64,000 nt of DNA from Macrostomum hystrix (Eukaryota > Animalia > Platyhelminthes), in contig CATNEN010000003.1 of NCBI GenBank assembly GCA_950097015.1, positions 3,720,001 through 3,784,000 on the forward strand. The letters run 5' to 3'. A model generated the notes under the pieces. The model did no database searches and was not told the DNA's origin. It worked only from the letters and a program-made list of their open reading frames with translations. The first letter of the stretch is position 1. The number at the start of each line of letters is the position of its first letter. The translations under genes were made by a program, and so were the position numbers. Positions 52,507-62,985 of the stretch are shown here, piece after piece.

Positions 52507-52861
52507 ATTTCTGCAAAACCTAAAACCAACGGTAATAGTCTATGGCTACTTTCATGTCATCACAGAGATATTAGCTTACACGTTGTCAATAGAAATCTGC
52601 CAAAAACGACAAAATGACAATGGACTTTCAAAATAATTGTCGATGACTGCCCTCTGCAGCCTCTGCAGGATTTGAGGGGTTAGGGCCATATTATACATTT
52701 GAAGGCTAGAATTAAAATAACTTTTGTCTAATCCTGAGACCCTCTCTGAGCCATGTTTCCATCTCTGCTCCCATTGGTGGCTCAGTCGGAGCAGGAAAAA
52801 TAAACTTATAAGCAGTCAAAACTGGATTTCAAGCATCTGAATTTAGAGCTCCTTGCTCAGC

Positions 52862-53871
52862 ATGCTCAGTTTGCACTCGCTAGTATTGTTCGCAGGTCTG
52901 TGTGGGCTCATTGGAGTCCAATGCTACAGCCGCTATACATACAAATATCTGGGCTGTTTTGTTGACAACGCTGGCAGCGTCAGGGACATCGACGGACTGA
53001 TGGGTCTCAGCAAACTTGGCAACTTTCCAGTGAGTTCTGCATTGGCATTGTCATCCATTGTCTCCATGCAATATTCTAAATTCCATCTATGACTTAGAAC
53101 TTCTCGATTGCAAAATTTTTTTTATTCTCAGGTGGAAAATGTTGGCGCCGTACTGGACCTCAGCCTCATGACGCCCAACTACTGCTCAGCCATCTGCTCA
53201 ATGGGAGGTTTCAGCTACTTCGGTGTACAGGCTCAAGCCTACTGTTTCTGCAGCTGGGAGTACGGCAAGCAGGGTCAAGCCAATAATGCTGATTGCTCGG
53301 ATAATTGCAGGGGAAATAGCTCGATTAAATGTGGCGGCCAGAATCGGAACTCTGTCTTCGCGATGATCTACAATACAGGTGATGAATGAATGCGGATGCT
53401 GGTATTGTGGGCTTACTGTTCTATTGAGATCAATAGTCAAGGCCTCTCGTATCTCGTATCAATCTTATTTAAATACGTGGAAAGCGTTACATATGAACCA
53501 AAGAATTAACAACTTGCTTGTGAAAAAAATAAAAAAACGTGCAACAATGTCTAAAATATTGTCTAAACTAAATAAACTAAATCTAAACTAAAATATGGTT
53601 TAAAATCTAACAATTCTTAGAAAACAGTTGTTCTTCGTTTCGTCTGGAGACCGGTCGACCTCGGCTGCAGGTGAGCAGCTCCTACAGCCTCCAGACCTAC
53701 TGGACGACGGCAGCCAACGACGCTCCGGACTGCGTGTCGAAGTGCGGCATCGCCAGTCGCTGCCAGGCGGTGCTGTTCCAGCGAGATGCCCGACTGTGCC
53801 ACCGGCTGAGGTTTTCGCTGATGCCCGACCAGCTGATGAACATCAGCGGCGACTTCTACGTTCGAGTTTGA
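52862..53871 (+). CDS. secreted WSC + PAN/Apple-like protein, copy C
   Basis: Exons 52862-53029, 53132-53378, 53621-53871; compact introns; phases 0, 1. Confidence 0.88.
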
Positions 53872-54559
53872 TGAATGAAACATTTGTTTTGGATTTGAAC
53901 TACTTGAGGTAACTACAATAGTAGGTTTGATTAATTTTTTTGTTTGCAGGATGACGAAACGAATACCAGCCAAACGGAAACCAATGTTCCCGCCTAATGA
54001 ATCACCTTGATTCCATAATGCTTCTGTTTATCTTAGCAACAGACTATACCCATCTATTTTGTAAGAAAGTTATAGTATGCTTTCCTTCTCTATATAGTTT
54101 GCCCTAAAGAACTATAAGCAGGACTTTAGACTTCTTGTGATGAATTTTTACTTTATGACAGAACTTATGTCCCGACCAATGCTATTTGTCATGCATGTGT
54201 GAGCTGATATGGAGTTTCCATTGGCTCACGCATTTATTGCTCGGAGAATAAAACGTCCGTTGCATCTATCATTGCCCACTTTTGTATCAAATTATCTAAG
54301 TAGTTATCTCTAGCTCAGCTGAAACAATAGTTGCAGATGGCTGTACGGAAGCGAAAGATAAAATCGGTATTTTATTAGCTTAATTATTAAACTCTGAGCT
54401 GAGGACAATGTCCTGGCTTGGTCAACGCGGGCAATGGCTTCTAAATGATGGTAAAGCCAGCATTCTATTAGCGAGTAAAAATGTAATTAATGTGACGATG
54501 CCAAACAGTGCCTGCCTGAAAACAATAAAAAAAGTCAACCACCCACATCAAGGAAAAAT

Positions 54560-55450
54560 TATCAGCTAGCCTCAGAACACATTCATCAGCTCAGAACACA
54601 TTCATCAGCTCAGAACACATTCATCAGCTCAGAACACATTCATCAGCTCAGAACACATTCATCAGCTCAGAACACATTCATCAGCTCAGAACACATTCAT
54701 CAGCTCAGAACACATTCATCAGCTCAGAACACATTCATCAGCTCAGAACACATTCATCAGCTCAGAACATATTCATCAGCTCAGAACACATTCATCAGCT
54801 CAGAACACATTCATCAGCTAGCCTCAGAACACATTCATCAGCTCAGAACACATTCATCAGCTCAGAACACATTCATCAGCTCAGAACACATTCATCAGCT
54901 AGCCTCAGAACACATTCATCAGCTAGCCTCAGAACACATTCATCAGCTCAGAACACATTCATCAGCTCAGAACACATTCATCAGCTCAGAACACATTCAT
55001 CAGCTCAGAACACATTCATCAGCTCAGAACACATTCATCAGCTAGCCTCAGAACACATTCATCAGCTAGCCTCAGAACACATTCATCAGCTAGCCTCAGA
55101 ACACATTCATCAGGGAGCCTCAGAACACATTCATCAGCTAGCCTCAGAACACATTCATCAGCTAGCCTCAGAACACATTCATCAGCTAGCCTCAGAACAC
55201 ATTCATCAGCTAGCCTCAGAACACATTCATCAGCGAGCCTCAGAACACATTCATCAGCGAGCCTCAGAACACATTCATCAGCTAGCCTCAGAACACATTC
55301 ATCAGCGAGCCTCAGAACACATTCATCAGCTAGCCTCAGAACACATTCATCAGCGAGCCTCAGAACACATTCATCAGCGAGCCTCAGAACACATTCATCA
55401 GCGAGCCTCAGAACACATTCATCAGCTAGCCTCAAAACACACTTATCGGC
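54560..55450. repeat. 19/24-bp minisatellite (AGAACACATTCATCAGCT[AGCCT]C)n
   Basis: 19-bp units on the left and 24-bp units on the right. Confidence 0.97.
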
Positions 55451-55705
55451 TAGTAGAAGGAAGGCAATTTTCTTCGGCATGTACTTCATACTATAAGTAG
55501 TGTAGTTGTGATATAACTATTATACTCACTGATAGATAGAAAATACACACTGAAGATACGTCGAAGATACTTGTTTGTGTTTGCTCCTATTGGTTAATAG
55601 CTTCTCAGCATCGAAGCCTAAATAAATGAATTATTTATTGTGCCTTTTCTGCTCAACAACGTACCTCTTTAATTAGTGATTAACGAGACAACTGTAAACT
55701 TCAAC

Positions 55706-58700
55706 ATGCTATCGGTGATTATATTTGCTGGCCTATTCGTTAGTGCAAGCTGCTACACCCGATTTTCCTACGTCTATCTGGGCTGTTTCGCTGACAACAC
55801 AAACCAAGTTAGGGACATATTCGGACTATTTGGCGTCGAGAAACTTGGCGACATTGTGGCGAGTATTTTATGAGATGGCTGTTCGACTTGCAGTACTTGA
55901 ATCAGAGCTGTTTTCTGTGTTGCCTAGACAACTTACACCGGAAAGCAGTGAAGCAAACAGGGAAATCATAAAATTGGAGAATCCCTTGTCCTATCATATA
56001 CAATCGGAGGGATATCATAAAATTGGGGAATCCCTTGTCCTAGTATATACTCGTACAATCAGAGGGATGTCCTAAAATTGGGGAATCCCCTGTCCTACTA
56101 TTTACAATCGGAGGGATATCCTAAAACTGAGGAATCCCTTGTCCTGGTAAATACAATCGGAGGGATATCCTAAATTTGGGGAATCCCCTGTCCTACTATT
56201 TACAATCGGAGGGATATCCTAAAATTGGGGAATCCCTTGTCCTAGTATATACAATCGGAGGGATGTCTAAAATTGGGGAATCCCTTGTCCTAGTATACAC
56301 TCGTACAATCAGAGGGATGTCCTAAAATTGGGGAATCCCTTGTCCTGGTAAATACAATCAGAGGGATATTTCCTAAAATTGGGGAATCCCCTGTCCTACT
56401 ATATACAATCGGAGGGATATCCTAAAATTAGGGAATCCCCTGTCCTACTATATACAATCGGAGGGATATCCTAAAATTGGGGAATCCCTTGTCCTATCAT
56501 ATACAATCGGAGGGATATCATAAAATTGGGGAATCCCTTGTCCTATCATATACAATCGGAGGGATATCATAAAATTGGGGAATCCCTTGTCCTAGTATAT
56601 ACTCGTACAATCAGAGGGATGTCCTAAAATTGGGGAATCCCCTGTCCTAGTATATACAATCGGAGGGATGTCCTAAAATTGGGGAATCCCTTGTCCTTAG
56701 TATATACAATCGGAGGGATGTCTAAAATTGGGGAATCCCTTGTCCTAGTATATACTCGTACAATCAGAGGGATGTCCTAAAATTGGGGAATCCCTTGTCC
56801 TGGTAAATACAATCAGAGGGATATTTCCTAAAATTGGGGAATCCCCTGTCCTACTATATACAATCGGAGGGATATCCTAAAATTGGGGAATCCCCTGTCC
56901 TACTATATACAATCGGAGGGATATCCTAAAATTGGGGAATCCCTTGTACTATCATATACAATCGGAGGGATATCCTAAAATTGGGGAATCCCTTGTCCTA
57001 TCATATACAATCGGAGGGAAATCATAAAATTGGGGAATCCCTTGTCCTATCATATACAATCGGAGGGATATCATAAAATTGGGGAATCCCTTGTCCTAGT
57101 ATATACTCGTACAATCAGAGGGATGTCCTAAAATTGGGGAATCCCCTGTCCTAGTATATACAATCGGAGGGATGTCCTAAAATTGGGGAATCCCTTGTTC
57201 TAGTATATACAATCAGAGGGAGGGATATCCTAAAAGTTAGGGAATCCCAGAGGGATTATCCTACAGTTTGGGGAATCTCTCCCCAGCACTAAGGATTGGA
57301 AGGATATCCTACAGTAACAAAGGGACAATGTGCTAAAATTTCAAACGTCAACAATTACCAGGTTATTAACGGTGTGGTGCACAACACAACCAGCATGACC
57401 CCAGTACTGTGCTCAACCGTCTGCTCATTTGGGGGTTTCGCTTACTTCGGCCTTCAGGCAACAGCCTACTGCTTCTGCGGTTGGAACTACGGCTCGCAGG
57501 GTCGGGCAGCTGAGACCAGTTGCTATGAGAGGTGCACAGGAAATATTTATGAAATATGCGGCGGCCAAAATAGGAACTCGGTCTACGCGCTGTCCTACAA
57601 TACCGGTGCGTTTAATACCGGAGTGTAATTAGCAATTGGGTCGATTAAAATAATCCTTCCAATATAATTATCAGCTACTAAAAGCCGGGGCACTACAGAT
57701 ATAAAAGCACATCCTGTCACTAAGCGATTCCTTCAGACACCAGCCCCACCAAACCAGTTTTTGATGACACACTGTGTATTGTGAACCTTCTTAATAGCTG
57801 AAGCAGAATTGTCAATTTCTGTTTGAGAAGCTGTATTTGTGGGTGGGTGGAGACTGTATAGTAGACCAGCTATTGATTCAGTGAAGTGAAGCCAAGCCAA
57901 AAATGTCGTTTTGGTTGGTGCTTGCTCTGCAGCAGATGGTAACAAAGCTGTTAGAACAAAATCAATATTGCAATATTGCTTACACTCGCATCACTTGCGA
58001 GGCATTACACCAGACCACTTTTTAGAGAAGCTAAAATGCGAATAAGGATTGTATAATAATAAAATAAAACTATTTTTATGCATTTTCAAGTCTCCATCTC
58101 TCAAATTATCATCATAGTGCTTTTGATAATTTGCTAATGACGTGTCCATCATTGATGTTAACAATAATGATAAAATTGCAGGATGCAGGATGCAGGATAA
58201 TGCAGGATGACTGCAGACAATGGCACATTATTTAGTGACACTAGACTTGTAGCCGGCGAGGAGGCAATTCTGTCAGGATGACACAGGGGAGAGATGAGAC
58301 AGGGGAGAGATGAGACAGAGGAGAGATGAGACAGGGGAGAGATGAGACAGGGGAGAGATGAGACAGGGGAGAGATGAGACAGGGGAGAGATGAGACAGAG
58401 GAGAGATGAGACAGGGGAGAGATGAGACAGGGGAGAGATGAGACACGGGAGAGATGAGACACGGGAGAGATGAGACAGGGGAGAGATGAGACACGGGAGA
58501 GATGAGACAGGGGAGAGATGAGACACGGGAGAGATGAGACACGGGAGAGATGAGACAGGGGAGAGATGAGACAGGGGAGGGATGAGACACGGGAGAGATG
58601 AGACACGGGAGAGATGAGACACGGGAGAGATGAGACAGGGGAGAGATGAGACACGGGAGAGATGAGACAGGGGAGAGATGAGACAGGGGAGAGATGAGAC

Positions 58701-59504
58701 AGGGGAGAGATGAGACAGGGGAGAGATGAGACAGGGGAGAGATGAGACAGGGGAGAGATGAGACACGGGAGAGATGAGACAGGGGAGAGATGAGACAGGG
58801 GAGGGATGAGACACGGGAGAGATGAGACACGGGAGAGATGAGACACGGGAGAGATGAGACAGGGGAGAGATGAGACACGGGAGAGATGAGACAGGGGAGA
58901 GATGAGACAGGGGAGAGATGAGACACGGGAGAGATGAGACAGGGGAGAGATGAGACAGGGGAGAGATGAGACAGAGGAGAGATGAGACAGGGGAGAGATG
59001 AGACAGGGGAGAGATGAGACAGGGGAGAGATGAGACAGGGGAGAGATGAGACAGGGGAGAGATGAGACAGGGGAGAGATGAGACAGGGGAGAGATGAGAC
59101 AGGGGAGAGATGAGACAGGGGAGGTGAGACACGGTAGAGTCGCTGTTGAAACGGGGTTGCGAATTTAGGGGGCCACAAGTGGGACGCGGGTCGGGGGGTT
59201 GCCAACTGCTGACTTAGGCGATGATATCGACTTCGTGATGCCTGACTTTCCAGAAAGCAGTTGTCCTTTGTTTCGTCTGGAGACCGGTCGACCTCGGCTG
59301 CAGGTGAGCAGCTCCTACAGCCTCCAGACCTACTGGACGACGGCAGCCAACGACGCTCCGGACTGCGTGTCGAAGTGCGGCATCGCCAGTCGCTGCCAGG
59401 CGGTGCTGTTCCAGCGAGATGCCCGACTGTGCCACCGGCTGAGGTTCTCGCTGATGCCCGACCAGCTGATGAACATCAGCGGCGACTTCTACGTTCGAGT
59501 TTGA
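55706..59504 (+). CDS. secreted WSC + PAN/Apple-like protein, copy D (divergent WSC)
   Basis: Exons 55706-55858 (GC donor G|gcgagt, or GT donor after 55855), 57362-57605, 59254-59504; WSC cysteines conserved. Confidence 0.82.
55960..57280. repeat. ~50-58-bp minisatellite (AAATTGGGGAATCCCTTGTCCTAGTATATACAATCGGAGGGATATCCT)n
   Basis: About two dozen units filling intron 1 of copy D. Confidence 0.95.
58200..58272 (-). mobile_element. SINE family 2 3'-end fragment
   Basis: TGGCACATTATTTAGTGACACTAGAC...GCGAGGAGGCAATTCTG; cut off by the 17-bp array. Confidence 0.65.
58276..59132. repeat. 17-bp minisatellite (GAGAGATGAGACASGGG)n
   Basis: Reverse-complement relative of the 44962-45753 array; intron 2 of copy D. 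Confidence 0.97.
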
Positions 59505-59844
59505 TGAACTGACTGGCTGAAACAGGATTCACAATTTTTTCCATCGTGACTAAATAAATATTCAATTATATCAGTCTGTTCAGGTGTGCTTGTTTTTACG
59601 CTCGCATTGGCCACAGGTTTGGACTCCTAAACGAGAGGTCAGGAGTTCTTGTCGGAGTGCAAAATAAATAAGTTTCTGCCATTGAGCAAGACACTAAATT
59701 TCTCTTTGCTTGAGTTCAATCTTTAAAAAAATATAAAAAGTGGTTGTGAAAAGATGGTAACAAGCATTTGCTTGGGTTGAAATCTACGAGTAAATGAATT
59801 TCTAGAAATACAGGGACTCTGTTACAAAACGAATTAAATGACAA

Positions 59845-60470
59845 GGAATTCCTTAGCTGAGGGAGTTCCCTATAATTACCGAATCCAGTTGAAATGGAAT
59901 TCCCTCAGCTAGGGAGTCCCCATAATTAGTAAATCCAATTCAAATGGAATTCTCTAAGCCAGGGAATCCCATAACTAATAAATCATATTCAAATGGAATT
60001 CCCTAAGCCAGGGAATCCCATAACTAATAAATCCAATTCAAATGGAATTCCCTAAGCCAGGGAATCCCATAACTAATAAATCCAATTCAAATGGAATTCC
60101 CTAAGCCAGGGAATCCCATAACTAATAAATACAATTCAAATGGAATTCCCGAAGCCAGGGAATCCCATAATTAGGTTATCCAGTTCAAATGGAATTCCCT
60201 CAACTAGGGAATCCCCATAATTAGGTTATCCAATTCAAATGGAATTCCCTCAGCTAGGGAGCCCCCATAATTAGTAAATCCAATTCATATGGAATTCCCT
60301 CAGCCAGGGAATCCCCATAATTAACCATAACTAGTGAATCCAATTCAAATGGAATTCCCTCAGCCAGGGAATCTTCACAGTTAGCGAATCCCGAAAAGTC
60401 ATTCAGTTAGGGAATCCCCATTAAGCGAAGCAAATTCAAATGGATTTCATTAAGCTAGGGAATTACCAGT
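59845..60470. repeat. ~49-bp minisatellite (AATGGAATTCCCTAAGCCAGGGAATCCCATAACTAATAAATCCAATTCA)n
   Basis: About 12 units with degenerate edges, upstream of copy E. Confidence 0.9.
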
Positions 60471-60961
60471 AATTTGAGAAACCGTAAATAAGTGAGTAAA
60501 TTAGTTTCAAGAGTTGTAAAACAGAGCACAATTCTCTGCAGTTTCTACTAAGCAGTAGTTGCTTCGCTGCAAATGACTATATCCCGATGTAAATCTATGG
60601 AATAGAAATTCCATAGTCTGGTTCCTAGGATTTTGTTAAAATATTGGGCCCATGGCAACGCAATTTTACAATAAACGAACAGAAGCAAGCTCAATCTAGA
60701 AATTGTCAGAGAGAGACCATTCTCAAGGTTACCTATTGAGTTCTGAAATATTTTTGTTACAATGCACTGGCTATGGACAGTAGCGGTGCAACTGACTGCA
60801 ATTCAACAAGTTCTTGGACATCGCCAGTACGCTTATAACTTTGTTGCTGCTACATTGACGATGTGGACAAACGGGACGTCAACGGACTGGTTGGTGTCTC
60901 GAGAATGGCCGACTATCTTGTGGGAATCTGTGGGTCCTTTTGGCATCCATACTAAACTGGA

Positions 60962-61519
60962 AGAGTGACAGGATGAGAGTGACATAGTGAGAAAGTGACA
61001 TAGTGAGAGAGTGACATGGTGAGAGAGTGACAGGGTGAGAGTGACAGGGTGAGAGAGTGACATGGTGAGAGAGTAACATGGTGAGAGAGTGACATGGTGA
61101 GAGAGTGACAGGGTGAGAGAGTGACAGGGTGAGAGAGTGACAGGGTGAGAGAGTGACAGGGTGAGAGAGTGACAGGGTGAGAGAGTGACATGGTGAGAGA
61201 GTGACAGGGTGAGAGAGTGACAGGGTGAGAGAGTGACAGGGTGAGAGAGTGACAGGGTGAGAGAGTGACATGGTGAGAGAGTAACATGGTGAGAGAGTGA
61301 CAGGGTGAGAGAGTGACAGGGTGAGAGAGTGACAGGGTGAGAGAGTGACAGGGTGCGAGAGTGACAGGGTGAGAGAGTGACATGGTGAGAGAGTGACAGG
61401 GTGAGAGAGTGACAGGGTGAGAGAGTGACAGGGTGAGAGAGTGACAGGGTGAGAGAGTGACAGGGTGAGAGAGTGACAGGGTGAGAGAGTGACAGGGTGA
61501 GAGAGTGATATGGTGAGAG
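60962..61519. repeat. 16-bp minisatellite (GTGAGAGAGTGACAGG)n
   Basis: About 34 tandem units. Confidence 0.97.
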
Positions 61520-61560
61520 TTATGGGAATCAATTGGAGGGATCAACGAAAATAAAGGGAT

Positions 61561-61943
61561 CCCATTCCTAGTGAACCCCTTCAGAGGAACATCCTACTGT
61601 AGGGGAACGCCATTCCTAGTGAAGCCCTTCAGAGGAACATCCTACTGTAGGGGAACGCCATTCCTAGTGAAGCCCTTCAGAGGAACATCCTACTGTAGGG
61701 GAACGCCATTCCTAGTGAAGCCCTTCAGAGGAACATCCTACTGTAGGGGAACGCCATTCCTAGTGAAGCCCTTCAGAGGAACATCCTACTGTAGGGAAAC
61801 CCCATTCCTTGTGAAGCCCTTCAGAGGAACATACTACTGTAGGGGAACTCCATTCCTAGTGAACCCCTTCAGAGGAACATCCTACTGTAGGGGAACTCCA
61901 TTCCTAGTGAACCCCTTCAGAGGAACATCCTACTGTAGGGGAA
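61561..61943. repeat. 48-bp minisatellite x8
   Basis: Unit CCATTCCTAGTGAAGCCCTTCAGAGGAACATCCTACTGTAGGGGAACG. Confidence 0.97.
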
Positions 61944-62985
61944 CAGCGAGATGCCCGACTGTGCCACCGGCTGAGGTTCTCGCTGATGCCCGACCAGCTG
62001 ATGAACGTCAGCGGCGACTTCTATGTTCGAGTTTGATGAACTGACTGGCTGAAACAGAATTCAGGTGTTTTTTTCCATCCTAAAACACATTGTAGTTTTT
62101 TGTTAGAGGTTTGAACCCCTAAGAGGTTTGAACCCCTAAACGTGAGGTCTGGAGTCTCAAGAGGCTGAGGTTATCGAATGTGCCTATACAGTTGGAGGAA
62201 ATGATTTGTGACTTCTGTGTTCCAAACTGAGTAGAAATCTAATGTGCATATTTGTTGATATCAATGTTAAGTTGTGAGATGTTAAAATACTGTAGTAATC
62301 TATTATTGACTCATTCACACAGACATTGTACGCAGGCACATAACTCGAGCCTTCCAGAAATATCGCACAAATACAGGAAGACAGGACTATGTCAGCTAAT
62401 ATATTGTTGATTATATTTTTTATTGCTCGCCACAGAGCGTGTTTAGTCTAAAATGATGCAGGTATTCGGGGTCTATGCTCACTGCAAATTAATTTTTCTG
62501 TATTCTATATCTATCTCCGCCATTACTTTAGCATTCATTCATAAAGTCAAAGTTTTGAAGGCCCTCATAAGTTTATTCTGCCTCTAATTATTTATTGTCG
62601 TTATTATTTTGTAATTTCTCTTCACTAAAATAGGAAAATATCTCTTTACCATTGAATGACAAATTAATTTCTTTAGTCAGGATGCAAAAAATTTCACCGA
62701 CTCTTTACTGTCCATACGCTCGTATGTGCTTTGGTCACCTGTTTATCAGGATGTACATTTTTCAAGCAGTCTGATTATTTACGGTGTACATTTTATATGT
62801 CCACTGATCTGAAACATCTAGCTCGTTATAACAAGTGGCTATCCGCTTGGTAGCTTGCCCATAAGACACTCTGCCAAATGATAAACACTGCTGGTAGCAA
62901 GACTTTCCTGACATGAAAATTCTTTTTAGAATTTCGCTAGGACCAAAAACTTCTAACAGTAGGTAACTCGATAGGTCCAGCAAGC

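Larger units (their letters stand above)
60762..62036 (+). pseudogene. WSC + PAN-like copy E, broken
   Basis: Exon 1 (60762-60919) reads YAYNFV[G]CYIDDVDKRDVNGLVGVSRMADYL only if a 1-nt deletion near 60846 is repaired. No exon 2 is present. Only the 3' part of exon 3 (61944-62036, QRDARLCHRLRFSLMPDQLMNVSGDFYVRV*) remains, fused to a 48-bp repeat. Confidence 0.8.

Noticed and set aside
42838-59504. Protocadherin-style splicing of alternative variable exons to one shared constant exon
   Set aside because: Each intact copy has its own in-phase exon 3 and stop. Cross-copy splicing is phase-compatible, but nothing in the sequence requires it.
44937-61545. SHLSPVSSLPCLISP, RLADECVL, ERVAYERINS and HPVTLS repeat ORFs
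   Set aside because: All derive from tandem repeats (17, 24, 63 and 16 bp).
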